A stretch of 62,563 nucleotides of DNA, the filler included, from Asterionella formosa (taxonomy: Eukaryota): the NCBI GenBank assembly GCA_002256025.1. It is 5 parts of 5 records of this genome, joined end to end, with 100 filler letters (N's around TTAATTAATTAA, not from the genome) between each part and the next. Parts side by side here need not be neighbours in the genome. Positions count along the whole stretch, not along the records: positions 28,549 to 56,958 come from NKIB01001231.1; positions 57,059 to 58,827 come from NKIB01001237.1; positions 58,928 to 60,696 come from NKIB01001238.1; 2 more parts are not named here. One strand, 5' to 3'. Below the pieces are notes generated by a model. The model was not told the origin of the DNA. It worked only from the letters and a program-made list of their open reading frames with translations, and made no database searches. The position numbers and the translations under genes were made by a program. How positions within the stretch are numbered: the stretch's first letter is position 1; each line of letters begins with the position of its first letter. Positions 47,447 to 60,411 of the stretch are shown here, one piece after another.

Positions 47447-48586
47447 GGTGATCGCCTTTAAACGTTTATTATATGGGACGACGAGAGTTGAGTGATTTCA
47501 ATGCAGACTCAAAGGATTCTGGAATGAAATATTGCGAGATACCGGAATTTAAGCTGGTAATATACCGGTAAAGGAGAGAAAACAATCCATCACAGAATAT
47601 TGGTGTGTAGTAGGTACTATATGGTACCAGTACCTAGTAGCTGACTAGCTTCTACGCTCGGGAAGTACCGGTAGCAGAACTCTCTGAATTTTCTTTTACG
47701 TAAGTTTTGATAGCAAAACGTGTTATTCTCCTGCGTTCAATGGGTCAGAGCCGCACACATATATTCTTAAAGTGGGGTCCTGGCAGGTTTTTACTGGAAC
47801 CAGCGCCAGGTACCGGGGTACCTGGTACCAGGTACCATCCCCGGTTACAAGGTCAGTTATCCCGGGTACGGTACTCCAGATACCAGAATTACCATTTACC
47901 GGTATACCGGTAGGTACTCTACTCAGCAACCTGGTACAGTACCTGGTACCGTTATCGGATAATTAGGAGTACCGGTGCTGGTACCAGTACTGGACAGTCC
48001 AAGGGTATGGAAGTGAGACATTACAAACGGGATACCGTATCCAGATTATGAAAATAAGACACAACAAACGGGATATCCAGAGTTCCGGTAGATTCTATGT
48101 ATGGTGTACGACTGTCTCAATAGAAATTTAAAGATTCCTTTGGAGTCAGGAATCAGGAATCTAGACATTGTTTGGATCAAACACAACACTACATGAGAGT
48201 CATCCTCACCCCATCGTCCTCGTCCGAAGAATGATACGCACTCGTCCATGCGATACATAGTGACAGCGGTTGCCTGATGAGCGCTTCAAAACCCTCCACG
48301 ACGAACCATCCTCTCCCTGTTCATCAAAAATCATCGCTCGCTGCCATGGTGCATATTATATTTTTCATAGTAGGTGGTACCAGGTACCCTGTGATTTTAT
48401 ACCGGTACCCCTGCTACCTACCAGCCAGGTACAGGTACCAGGTACCAGGGTATCAGTATTCATCATCAGCGAACAAGAGCATGCTGCTGAAGCATTCATT
48501 TTACTCCTAAATTGTTCAATATTTGCATACCGGTACATCTCGCTTAAAGCTATATATCCATTGAAAGCTAGCTCATCCTTAAGAAA

Positions 48587-50179
48587 ATGAGTCGCTACCT
48601 CCGGAGAAGCACTGGCCTGCTGCTGCTGTGTTGGTTAAATGCGAGTGCGTCTTTCGTTCCTTCTCTACAACGACACTCGGCGCATCTAACGGCCATGACG
48701 TACAGAACGTCTAGAATGTCCTCATCGCTATCTCGTGTGTCTGCCTCTGCCGATAGATCGAACAACAGCAATAACAATAGTAATAACATGGAAAATGATA
48801 AAGATCGCGAGGACGAGGAACTCCTGAAGCGCGTTGAGAAAAAGATTCGGGTTCAAGCAGCGCAAGAGAAGGTTGACTTGATACTCAAGGGTCCAAATGC
48901 GCCTTTTGATCTTGAAACAGAAATGCTGCGCGTCGAATCGATTGCTCCGGGTCTATCGCAAGAGAGCGAAGAGATTCAAACGGATCTTCGCTTGAGTCAA
49001 TTGGAAGCTAGTATGTATGAAAGTATCGAGAAGCAAGACTACACACTGGCACAGAAGCAGTCTGAAGAAATTTCGCAAATGCACATTGACGACTGTGGAT
49101 CTGTTCTGCAAGTTAATTCCGCATTCTACAATGCATTTTCTAAGAAATCTATGGAACTCATGAAGAAGGTATGGTTACAGGATGCCAGTATCCTCTGCAT
49201 TCACCCTTCGCACCCACCCCTTGTCGGCGTGACTGCTGTCATGGAATCTTGGTCCAATATGTTTGAGTCCACGGATGGGAGCTTCCAACGTAACTGGATG
49301 GAACCCATCAACATTAAACTAGTAGTCAAGGGAACCACTGCGATTATTACATGCGATGAACAGGTTTTTGCCAGACGATTCATTCGAGGCAAACGTCGCG
49401 AGACGGAGCTAATCAACCAGTTGACCGCAACCAACATTTTTCGCAAGGTTGGTCAGAAATGGTGCATGGTCCATCATCATGCATCATGGCATGCGGACTC
49501 GGAAGCGGCGAAGAATGCCATGGGAAAAGGTAAAAAGGGAGATAGCAACTCTGCACAAAAGAGTATTCTAGGAATCGACAACTTCGGTCCATTAGGTGTT
49601 GTGAACAAGGGACAGGAAAAAGTCGGCAAACGTGTTGTATTGGGCACCCTCAATGACATTTTGAATGGAAGTCTTGGAGATCTATTAGGAGGAGAAGATG
49701 ATGATGAGTATGAAGATCGTAATGTAGAAATCCGTCACATTAAAGAAAGAGCTGAAGATGAGTTTGAAGAGGACGACGATTATGACGACGACTCGGACGA
49801 AAGTGAGGAAGATGATGAACCTATTGTCATCCGTAAATGGATAAGGGTTCCAGGTGGTGATAGTGAAAAGAAGATTAAATCGAAAAAGCTAAAGGCCGCA
49901 TTCACTTTGGAGCCTCCTGGTGCATCTCCCAAGGATGCCCTGCGACAATCGTGCATTTCTGCCTTGCGGAAGCTTTGCGACCAAGGATCGATTTCTGCTA
50001 AACAGAAAATGCTGTTGCTCACAGACATTATTTCATGCTCCGCCAAGGGAGAGTTCAGCATGGTTGAAGTTGCCTATGAGCTGCTGTGCGGAGAAGGTGA
50101 TGACAAGGAAGCAGCTGAAGAAGAGTTTGCTGATCAATGCCGAGTTTTCGCTCGTTCCTTGCCCGAGTCGAGTCCATGA
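48587..50179 (+). CDS. Plastid-targeted SnoaL/NTF2-like domain protein with a UVR-like segment
   Basis: VLQVNSAFYNAF, CIHPSHPPLVG, ATNIFRK...WCMVHHHAS. Presequence NASAS|FVP. Confidence 0.82.
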   Translation: MSRYLRRSTGLLLLCWLNASASFVPSLQRHSAHLTAMTYRTSRMSSSLSRVSASADRSNNSNNNSNNMENDKDREDEELLKRVEKKIRVQAAQEKVDLILKGPNAPFDLETEMLRVESIAPGLSQESEEIQTDLRLSQLEASMYESIEKQDYTLAQKQSEEISQMHIDDCGSVLQVNSAFYNAFSKKSMELMKKVWLQDASILCIHPSHPPLVGVTAVMESWSNMFESTDGSFQRNWMEPINIKLVVKGTTAIITCDEQVFARRFIRGKRRETELINQLTATNIFRKVGQKWCMVHHHASWHADSEAAKNAMGKGKKGDSNSAQKSILGIDNFGPLGVVNKGQEKVGKRVVLGTLNDILNGSLGDLLGGEDDDEYEDRNVEIRHIKERAEDEFEEDDDYDDDSDESEEDDEPIVIRKWIRVPGGDSEKKIKSKKLKAAFTLEPPGASPKDALRQSCISALRKLCDQGSISAKQKMLLLTDIISCSAKGEFSMVEVAYELLCGEGDDKEAAEEEFADQCRVFARSLPESSP

Positions 50180-50441
50180 CTCACACATGAGTACACTACA
50201 GTTATACACTACAGGAACTACTGTCAGTCTGGATAACCTGGTCTACGAATTAATAAGCAAATTGCATAAATATGTACCCAAAGTAAAACAGAGCGAGTTA
50301 CTTTTGGAGTTTGCCTTTGTTGCAGTGAGAGCAACACAAAATTTTCACAGGAAGCCTCATTGGCGTGAAAGAAAGGACGTATAGAGGCAAATTTTCTTTT
50401 GCCACAAACTAGAGATATGTACTCCAGAAAGCAGCAGCAAA

Positions 50442-51172
50442 TCACGTCACAACACATGATCGCTTAGAAACACTGATCCCAGCTAATGGATCTATTCCAT
50501 TAAGCGACTCTACGTATTCTTCATAGGTCAAGCGGCATTTGCTTGATTGGTACCGTGTGCATTGAATGTTGGACAGCAACTCCATGAGGACCACTCCTCG
50601 ATACCCTGATTTACGAATCAAGGATGTAACTGCTTCTTCTTGTGTCCACCTTACACAAAGGGGTAACACCAAGCAAAATGTCAGAGCAAGATCAAAATTA
50701 CTCAATAACCAAACATCAAGCGTACGTACTGTTGCTCTTTTGCAACTTCAGGTAGGTAGGTTGCTGAATAGTCGAGTCCATTTTCTGTAAACTTGATTAG
50801 GATCCCGTGGATCCCAACTTGCCAATCATAAACATGAGTGCATTGTTCATACTTGACGAGCAATGAAACTCCCACTCTCAGGTTCGGCACTTCCTCCAAT
50901 CTCACTGGATCAAATCGGTTGTCACGAAGGGCTGACGTGAGCGCGTAATCTCGGACCGCAGTTGCCAATGGGCGGGGGGATAGTGACCCAATACAACCAC
51001 GAAGAACATATTCCACGGACGAGTCAACTTTCTTCTTGTCCCATGTAATGAAGAGAGGGCATGCTATCGTTGGTGGTAGGGCACCCATGAATAATGGTAC
51101 CCTGTCGTTGGCAAACCGATTATTCTCCGAAGACAGATCACTAATCACAATGTCAAAACAAAACTGACACAT
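50442..51172 (-). CDS. AMMECR1: AMMECR1-family protein, exons 51172-50730 and 50649-50442 (5' end may extend upstream)
   Basis: CPLFITW, LRGCIG, DNRFDP, VSLL, DWQVGIHG, ATYLPEVA, RYQSSK. Intron at 50650-50729. Confidence 0.92.
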
Positions 51173-51869
51173 CTCGGAAGTAGCACATGGCTCGGGGGCA
51201 GGTTCAACGTCAGTAGTGTCATAACGAGGACTAATAGGAAGGTCGTAAAGGATTGTGAGAAGGGAGTTTCTCTTCTGTCAAAACGAAATCACAAATTCGA
51301 GGCACACACACCTAGCGCTCACCTCATTTGTTGAGACAACTGTTTTAATGATTGTTTGACAGATTCGAAGAATCAGCGGAGAGAGATGACTGCTACCATG
51401 TACTGTGCTCTCGATTGTGTTGGGGGTGTAGTGCCGCAATACTACCAGGCAACACCAGGTATGCTTAACTGAATACAGGTACTTTGTCAAGGCAAGAAAC
51501 AACTATATGGTCATTCCAGTAACAAATAAACTAATTTTAAGATCAATAAAAAGAAAATATAAAAGGATAATCCAAGTCTGTCAGGTCAATGATGATAACA
51601 GGTACATACTGCTGGTACTTGGTAAATACGTGGTATGCTATACTATGTACCGGACAACTGTACATGGTACCAGTACCTGGTACCAGGCGCCAGGTATCAG
51701 TACTGTAGCATTAATACCAGGTTCCAGGTACCGAGACCAACATACAGCCATGAGTATTGCTAATTTTTAATGAAGGTGCGTTTCTTTAGATGCAAGAGGA
51801 GGACTTTTATTCTTTCTTGCGAACTGGTACTCCATAAGAGCCAGCTCCATTGTTGTTTGTTGCATCACC

Positions 51870-52505
51870 ATGTCTGGCAGATTGGTTATCTTACCAAAGA
51901 AGACGTTCTGTCCCTGGAAGCGAGAAAACGTGGAACGTGTCCTTCGCGATGAACGCTTGGATCGGGAGGTCCGAGAAAATGAGCGAACTCAAGTTAATCA
52001 AGAGGAATCTCGAGCAAGATGGCGTGTACTCAAGGGCCAACAAGAAAATGAAAACAAGCATGTGAATCTATTTGAGAAAGAGGAACAGAAGACAACAACA
52101 AAGGGAATGCAAAATAATACTCTTGGAGAAGTCACACGGAAAAGACCCTTTTACCTGCAACCTCCAACCAATGAAGACGAGATGGGACTGTCATCCAAGG
52201 AGAGAAAACGGAAAGATTCGCTTGATCCAATGAAAGAGTTTGCAAAATATTGCTCTTCGGAGTCCAAACGAGCCAAGTTGTCGGAACCTAACTCGTTTTC
52301 GAGTCAACCGCAGAAACGAAAAACGAAGGACCAGAAGGTGAGTTCTCGTCCTCAAACAAATATGGACGAGCTTAGAAGAAGACGAAGGGAACGAGAAGAA
52401 TATGAGGGCCATCGGGTAACTTCTATCGTTCGAGTAGTAACGGACGATAGGATCTCCCATCGATATCAAAATCAATATAATCCTGGTCTAAGTAAAAAAC
52501 GATAA
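51870..52505 (+). CDS. LENG1: LENG1/CIR N-terminal domain splicing-associated protein
   Basis: ILPKK...W.RENVERVLRDE, HVNLF, LDPM, ELRRRR.ERE, YQNQYNP. Confidence 0.75.
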   Translation: MSGRLVILPKKTFCPWKRENVERVLRDERLDREVRENERTQVNQEESRARWRVLKGQQENENKHVNLFEKEEQKTTTKGMQNNTLGEVTRKRPFYLQPPTNEDEMGLSSKERKRKDSLDPMKEFAKYCSSESKRAKLSEPNSFSSQPQKRKTKDQKVSSRPQTNMDELRRRRREREEYEGHRVTSIVRVVTDDRISHRYQNQYNPGLSKKR

Positions 52506-52969
52506 AGTACCATTTCTTGTCTGTTGTAAACTCTTCTATTGCAATGTGGAGAGCGCAGTAATCAGAAGACAACCTGAGATTCTGGATCGTTTATATTCTC
52601 CCTCAGTCAAAGTTCTGCAGTACCAGCAAGGGATTCAAGATCCAGGCATGCAATTGTACATGCAATTGCTGCAACACTTCTATTTCTCTAAATTGTTATT
52701 GTGCTATGATTTCAATGAGATAGAACTTCAAGAATAGAAACTAATACTGACACAAGTCCAAAAATACTAGATGGCACATGACATGTAATGTTAATAGGTC
52801 TTGATGGTTCCTTCCTGATGGCATGGATTTGATTGGAGTTAGACTAGATTTGACTAGAATAGAGCCACTATGCTACTAGCTACTAGCAAGGACTGCAACA
52901 ACGACAAGTCGCTTTGGGGTTTGGTTGTTTTGGCTTTTTGGCACAGCAATAATAGATACATTGGAGATG

Positions 52970-53230
52970 TGTCAAATTCCAAGTAGCATTGTACCTTTCA
53001 GATCACTTACTTGAAAGAACATGTCTTCTGCTGCCATTAGCGTTGACCAATTTAGTTGGAATGGTTGCTGAAAGGGCATTGACAGAACATGGCAAGTATG
53101 TAATACAGTCCACAGGCCGAATTCTGTCGGAATAATGGTTCCAAGGAGCATGTTGATCTGAACACGACCCAAATTGACGGGTTTATTAGATAGGGAATGC
53201 CCATGAATTGAATTATTTATTAGTATGTCG
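52970..53230 (-). pseudogene. Leucine-rich-repeat gene fragment (frameshifted)
   Basis: Plant-type LRR remnants LLGTIIPTEFGL and, in another frame, NALSATIPTKLVN. Confidence 0.4.
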
Positions 53231-53621
53231 TGCGTTGATGGAGCAGGAATATAAAATCCAATTGCGTAAAAAACAAGGTATATAAATAGAAGAAATGTGA
53301 AGGTTTTGAGAAATACTTACAGGAATATACCGGTACATATGTACATATACATACTTAAATAATGACACAAATCATAGGTGAGAAGAACATATACCGGTAC
53401 ATGATAAAACAAATACCACATATTTACAGGTCATGGTCTGATTTATACGTGCAGGCAAACAATGGATATGCACATCTAACGGTACCGGTAGTGGTGGTAA
53501 TGATCAAGGAGATCATTGACAAGCGTGTGCTGTTCTTCCTCCCTTTTATTTGCTCCCTTTCCTTCTCCTCCTTCCCCTTGTGCAAGTGGCCCGCCGTACC
53601 ACCAGCATTACAATACATAAA

Positions 53622-54008
53622 ATGCAATTCCGTGTCTTAATTCCTGTTCACGTCAAGAGTGGACAAGTCATTCGAATACGATGTCCTGATGGGACCGAAG
53701 GAGATGTCAAAGTACCGAAGGGATTGTCCACGGGGGATTCGTTTATTTTCGAAATGCCAGATACTGTTCCCATTGTGGTGAAAGTAGAAAACCCAAAGGG
53801 ATTTTTGGATCGAGAGATTGTGAATATACAAGACTTTATTGTGGCACTGGCTGTGGGATTGTTGATTGGAATGTCAATGGTGACTGGATTCTTGGTGGGA
53901 GTGTTGGTAGTGACTGAAGGGATCACACCATCATCAGCCGGTGGTAGTTCGAATGTCGCAGAGAAAATGTTTAAAATTACAGTTCCAATCATGGGAGAGC
54001 AGTTGTGA
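53622..54008 (+). CDS. Small uncharacterized membrane protein
   Basis: MQFRVLIP..VKSGQVIRIRCPDG...VKVPKG..TGDSF module plus one hydrophobic helix. Confidence 0.7.
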   Translation: MQFRVLIPVHVKSGQVIRIRCPDGTEGDVKVPKGLSTGDSFIFEMPDTVPIVVKVENPKGFLDREIVNIQDFIVALAVGLLIGMSMVTGFLVGVLVVTEGITPSSAGGSSNVAEKMFKITVPIMGEQL

Positions 54009-54774
54009 CAATGATCCAAAAACATAGAACACACTTGTGTGTATGTGGCACGATTTACTTTCACCTTACATTGGTATAGTGTTGGTAGAATGGATAGGTT
54101 GGGCAATATTTATCTATATCTAAAAATAGAATTTTATTGGTGATAACTTGACCTGACATAGCGTGATTTTAGTGCATATCGTACTGTCCCTTGTGCTGGG
54201 ACATGTTTTGATGTTGGCAGACACAGATCCAGTTTGCAAGGGTGCTAAGGATACTGATCAAAACCATCCAGTCGTGAATTGTCGTGTCCCCATCTCCATC
54301 CATAGTATAGCGAGGTCCAGTACCATGGCATCAATATGAGTACGACCTTCATGTAACCTAAGTATTCTCATACGATTGACTTGATGAGATATCTATTTGA
54401 ACTTGTTGATTGGCTTTTTGTCACAATATATTCATACATTTTTTTAATACAAAAGAAAATTGCCGATACTTTGTACGTACTTAGTATGATAATGGTGCCC
54501 TACAATGTTGTTAACGTGAGCTCATCTACTTAGTTACGACTTAAAGTCAAATGAGTCGACTTTGATGTACCAAGCTCGTCTGATCAACCACACATTATTC
54601 CTCTAACAACAATGAGCCTGACGATATTAGAAAAGTTTGAATTGAATGATCAATGATTATAAAACTATGATAGTAAGTGTGAGATAGACATGGGTCTATC
54701 TATGAATGTATGCTTCTAGGAATGACAACAGCAGTTGGACAATTGTTTGCTCCTCCCGAGAAGGGTATCAGCGA

Positions 54775-55400
54775 GGCAATTCACAAACTAGCTATTGGCG
54801 CGCTTTTCGCTACCACATTGCCCTTTCAGTTAACATTGAAAACCTATTTTAAATAGTTTGTATGTTGGATGCGAACTAGCCAATTGCCCATCATATAAAC
54901 ATATATTGTATTTTTCATATGTACAGTTTTGGATTACTCAATCCTGCAATTGCCCATCATATAAAAATTATTTTGCATATTTCATATGCTCCGTTTTTCG
55001 ACTGCCAAACTACCTTCAATATTTTCAATAGCCCCTAGATTTTATTGCCGAAATCGACTGCCGTTTATTTAAGGGAATAAGATCACTGATCTATCCCAAG
55101 GTCTGTAGAATCAACTTTGCCACTAGCATCTGCTCTTTCCTCTATTTTTTGGAGTACTTGCTTAGCATATCGGACTTCAGCAGGACATGTTGGGTCACCA
55201 GTTGGTATTTACACTTCATGTGCATAGTTGTGCAAGCTTTCGCCGAATTGAAGTTCCAGTCTGATCCTTGTCTGGAAAATTTTCATTGTGCTCCAATGCT
55301 ACACATTCCCATTCAAGTGATTTAATTGGAAGATGTGTCAGAACAGGCAGTGTCCAACAATGACATGACCTCATTCAACCTAAACTGCTGCCCCCAACTC
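54775..55400 (-). mobile_element. DNA-transposon relic (Harbinger-like) with a TIR-like end and a decayed Myb/SANT-like (DUF6818-type) gene
   Basis: The end AGGCAATTCACAAACTAGCTA matches the reverse complement of 7388-7409, with TTGCCCATCAT subterminal repeats. The minus strand at about 55100-55390 gives NEVMSLLD, LPIKSLEWECVALEH, SIRRKL and PTGDPTCPAEVRYAK with frameshifts. Confidence 0.6.
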
Positions 55401-56242
55401 TGCAGGTTGCGGCGGGCCTTTCAAAATGTTGGTGGTTGATTTCACCTGCTATTGATACCCACAGTTGTCCTTTTTGCAACTCTTTGTATGGTTTCACTTG
55501 CATTGTGATGCAACAAATTACTACCATTGTTTGTTGATGAAAGATGAGAGACACCAATCAGAAAGTCAGCAGAGGCATCAACCCTGCTGTCATCATCACT
55601 GGCGCCTTCATTGGCATCATCTTCTTTCTCTTCCTCATCTTGGGATTGCAACTCTTGTTCCTGCTCGAGACGGCAACATTCTCGCAGCCTTGGGGAAGAG
55701 GGACACCCTCTCTGGCTGGTCTCCTTTGCCTGCCAGAAGAGGAATATGACATCGTCGCAATGATCTAAAACAGAGGATCAAAACGATGTACATAAGGCTG
55801 ATTGATGTGTACATATATATGCATGTTACCATCAGGTCCCTATTTTGGCGAGAGCAAGCCATTTCGGGTATGAGCATGCAAGTTATGAAATATTCTGGGA
55901 AATCACATGTAGTCATGCATGGATAGACATATTTCTATGTTTTGCACTGCTATTTCTAACTGTAAAAATTTGTGTTTGTGTAGACCAAATTTGGCAACTC
56001 CAGTTCGCACCTGAACCGGAGTTATCAAATTTGGTCAACACCAACACAAATTTTGGGGTTATGAGTACAGTAATTTATGTAATAAATAATTAATACATGA
56101 TAAAATATTTTTTAATTTCGAAGCGCGCCCTATATAATAATACCGGTAGTTAAATGAAATATGGCTTTTATGAAAAATGACTACCGGGTATTATGCCAAA
56201 CGATGCAAATAGCTGCTGCAACTGTAACTCAACCGACGTTGT

Positions 56243-56958
56243 TGTTGAGGGGAACCTTATCGTGAATAAAGGTGAACTACAATATTATGACTATTCTATT
56301 GCTGTTCCAAGTACATCGTTGTCAGCACTCACGCATGTACCTAATCTGGTGGCTGCGCCGGTATGGTTCGTACGGCGCATGTATGGAGCATCATATGCAG
56401 ATATTAACACACCCTCACCAACAGATGCAGGCAGAAGAACAGGAGCGGGGATGGAGATGAGATCAGCATCGGAAGCCAAGCACGCATAATAGTTAGGAGG
56501 ACTAGGGAGGGATGGAGGGCAATGGAGATAGTGCGGGCGCATCAACATATGATGGGAAGCGGGATGATGTTTAGTGAAATAATCAGCACGATTCAAACTA
56601 CCTTTTTTCCAGTATACAAGAAATTGGCCTTGGCGAACCCGATCGCGTACCCAGTAATAACGCATATCCATAGCTTTGGAATGTTTTTGTCGGACAGTAT
56701 CATTGGCGATGCCACTGGCAGTGCTATTATCGGTGACAATACGGGTAGAAGGTTGGGGATGACCAAGCTCAGCAAGAATGGTGCGAATAGCATATGCCTC
56801 TTTGCCATTGTGGAATAAAGCAGCTAATTCGGCCTCAGCAGCACTTGATACAACCTCCTTAAGAATTTGACAGTGGACGTAAATAGCACCGTTAAGAGGA
56901 GGGATGGATGTAGTGAGGCTAGGTGGAGACACGGGTTTACAGCTGAGAAAGTGAATGC
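56243..56958 (-). mobile_element. Second copy of the Copia 3' end (RNase H, PPT, LTR 56243-56409)
   Basis: LTR appears identical to 27733-27899. About 8 substitutions in the pol portion and different flanking DNA. Confidence 0.95.
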
Positions 56959-57058
56959 NNNNNNNNNNNNNNNNNNNNNNNNNNNNNNNNNNNNNNNNNN
57001 NNTTAATTAATTAANNNNNNNNNNNNNNNNNNNNNNNNNNNNNNNNNNNNNNNNNNNN
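56959..57058. other. Artificial contig linker
   Basis: N run with TTAATTAATTAA. Confidence 0.98.
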
Positions 57059-57959
57059 CAAATGATATGCCCCCACCATGACCACAAAGGGTAACCAAAC
57101 GAGACTGACATCCTCACAAAATGACAGTTCAATTTGAGATCTATTGTAAGACTTCGATGACGTGAAGGAATAAGTGCGAAAGTGAAGGCGAGGAAAGAGT
57201 TAATTAAAGAGTTAACATAAAATGAGTGCCAGAAATGTGATGAGTTGGTTGGTATAATCGGGAAAGGAAACGGAATAATCTCGATCAAGAATTTTCATTT
57301 ATATTGTCTACCCGGTAAGTGCGTCTGTGTTTGAAATGATACCGCTGATGATGGGAGGCATGTTTTATTAACTTTATTCAGGTATGTATATGAAAAACTA
57401 CTCCTTTTATTTTCATATTTGCATGCGAGCCACGATGTCATCGTTTGATGTGCTGACATCGGCCAAAATCACTTTCTTACATGACGCTTACATAACGGTA
57501 TGTAAATTCTAAACTCATTTATTATATACATAGCACATATCCATTGCTGACTACCTGTCACCAGGAACCTATGATAATACCGGTAAGGACTTACGGTAAT
57601 ATAAGATGCTTGCATCATCATGCAACTGATGACTCAGTCCAAAATTTGACGACCGGGTACCTACCGGTAAAAGTTCGCATACCGGCATACTATTTTCCAT
57701 AGGGGTGCTGGTACCTGGTACCTGTTCCACGTACCGGTATACACATTAATTGGACAAAAGTCGTATTCCGATACATGCTGTTAAATAGATTATTCACATT
57801 AGTCGATTACTAAATAAATATCTCTATTCATATAGAAATTCCCGATGGAGAATGCAATCACAATGCATACATACGCACCGGAACCGGGTACCGGTACCCT
57901 GGTAGTGCGAAAGAACTTTTGATTTATTCTTTTTAGGGTCGTTCTTATCATTTTTTTTC

Positions 57960-58827
57960 GTGTATCACGGAATTTGAATTTTTTTGAAAATGTATCAGCA
58001 ACGGTAACTCGATTTGAACTGAATTTCATTCATTCCAAAAGTGTCACTGTATCACTAATTTGTGATCACAGTGTATCATGGAGTAACAAGGATTGTCAAC
58101 GGTGACAGGCCAGCTACGAGCATCTAGATATATATGAGCAGTAATATGCATATTCGTAGCTTAAATAAATATAACAACCGGGATAAAAAACAATTATCAT
58201 ATCATCTTACGGAGCCTGTGCGGTACATGCTACTAGCCCCTGGTACCAGGTATTGAGAGACTCCTCAACACATTGACCATGTCGATAATCAGCTATTTCT
58301 CCATCAAAATGGCAAAGGAGTCGCTGCGCTTTTGCGGTCTAAGATATCATTGTACGAACGATGCAATAGAAAAGGAAATATAGACATATCTTTAAAATTG
58401 CATAAGAAATTACGAATCAACAATGTAGAAGAGGAACATTCGTCATTTTATATGATTGCAAACAGAACTATTGATTTGTTACGGCAACAACTAAAGCTAT
58501 GACTGCTAATACGACTACAACAATACTATTATATGACAAAAGTGCTTGCAAAATCTTTGTGTTATAGACGCCATTAGATCAATCGATTGCACCAGTGGCG
58601 TTTTCAAGTTGCGCTGTGTTGCTGATGTTGATTTTCCCATCCACAAAATAGATTATATAGTTGGCGCTGGCATGTCTACAGTTATTTTATCAGTGGCAAC
58701 GGACGTGATACACAGTGATCAACGGCTTGATCAGTGATACAGCATTGGTCAGGGGTCCAAAAACTGTATCAGTGATACACCCATGATACACCGGTGATCA
58801 GACCAAAAAAACCGTTGGTGATACACA
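57960..58827. mobile_element. Probable non-autonomous DNA transposon with inverted TGTATCA subterminal repeats
   Basis: Left TGATCACAGTGTATCATGG at about 58063-58081 versus right CCATGATACACCGGTGATCA at about 58782-58800. Several TGTATCA motifs on the left and TGATACA motifs on the right; runs into the gap. Confidence 0.55.
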
Positions 58828-58927
58828 NNNNNNNNNNNNNNNNNNNNNNNNNNNNNNNNNNNNNNNNNNNNTTAATTAATTAANNNNNNNNNNNNNNNNN
58901 NNNNNNNNNNNNNNNNNNNNNNNNNNN
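58828..58927. other. Artificial contig linker
   Basis: N run with TTAATTAATTAA. Confidence 0.98.
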
Positions 58928-59587
58928 GAGGCATTAGTTGAAGTAGCCTGTTTAAAGTTTTAATACGAGCTCCGTAATCCATTACCAACATGGAAAAGGG
59001 TTTTGATAAATAACGTAGCATCCATTGTCGTTGATGTTGAAAACTCTCATTTGGTAAACGATCGTCTAACCATAAAGCCATCGCTTCTTCGAAACTATCG
59101 TAAGATTGATCTTCTGGGTGTACTTCCACATTCAACCAATCCGATAAAGCAATGTCTGTCAAACACCTTTTAAAATAGGAAAAGGTATCTGCAGGGCTAA
59201 AGTCACATGTGTTAGCCATATCACGAAATTGACTCACTCCAATTAACAATGCTTCCACTGAGCTTCCATCGATCATATCTTGATCAAACGATTCAAACCT
59301 TCCACCGGTTAAAGCAACTCTGAACGTTTTAGTTTTGATAGTCAATACATTGTAGTCTTTGATCAAAGGAATCACAGGAACCCTTGAATACATTGCCATG
59401 TTTGTTGTCTTCTAATTCGACTCTTTTTGAATTCAAAGTGAAGTATCTAACTAGAAGTAGTAGTATTTGTTGAATATATGAGCTTATTAATTAATCCTTA
59501 TGTATAACTCATTTCCTGAACTGACATCAAAGTATAGAATGGGTGTTAGTCGAGTTCTCTCATTATTGAATTCCGATATATTTGACA
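58928..59587 (-). mobile_element. 5' end of a Ty3/Gypsy-like retrotransposon: ~120-bp LTR (59468-59587) and gag N-terminus (from 59399)
   Basis: The ORF has FKRCL...W and QRQWM...KPFSM....ARIKTLN.LL..P, which resembles diatom Gypsy Gag. TG..CA ends with a 10/12 inverted match (TGTTGAATATAT / ATATATTTGACA). Truncated by the gap. Confidence 0.7.
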
Positions 59588-60411
59588 TAACCCCAACTCT
59601 ATATATATCTGTATCGATGTGCAGGATTGCTCACCAGGTACCCCTTCCGAAACTCGAGCGTTTTGCAAGCACTGGTGACATCTAACAAATGGATGGTACA
59701 TGTACTTTCCTCTCCATAATTTCTTCTATAGGTGGCAGAGCCTTGTTCTGTAGCTTTTTGAAGAAACAGCCTATTCAAGATGACTGAAAACAGGACAAGC
59801 AAGCGAGCAAGCAAGCAATTCGGAATGTCCAGCAAATTGATCTGCTTCCTGAATATGTAAATTGCTGCTGTGATACCACGATACCCGCATGTCACCAGCT
59901 GAACAAATGACTGAACAACGGGACACGACCCTTGCTTCCTACAACGACTCAATCACAATTACCGCTTCAATGCTCAGAATGTAGGCGGCATCCGTGCATC
60001 TAAAACGAGACGAGAGGAGCAATGCTAGAAACACGACGGAAACTGAGAAGCCATGGGTCCGGTCAAGAACCTTTTGATGACGCTGAGACCGAAAGGTGGG
60101 AGGAAAAGAACTAAACGAAGCAAAGCGAAATAAGTGTGCGCAGAGACTCAAAAACTAAAGCAAAGGCGAATTATCATTATCTTTGTGCTTGAGCCATTAT
60201 GTTTGCCTTGCTGTGTATGTCATCGTAATCGCAATCAAAGATTGTGTCCATAGTTGTTGAACGATCGTAATTTCGTGGAAGCAATAAAAATCAATGAAAA
60301 AAAGTGTAAATGATAAAAAGAAGAATTACAATAGAAAACCAGTCGGCATCGGTATACTACATAATGTATCATGTATCTCGTAACAACAATTATACATGAG
60401 CAATCCTAAGT

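Noticed and set aside
58094..58270. Solo LTR (TGTCAAC...CCTCAACA, 177 bp)
   Set aside because: The flanks AGGAT and CATTG do not form a TSD and there is no second copy in the window.
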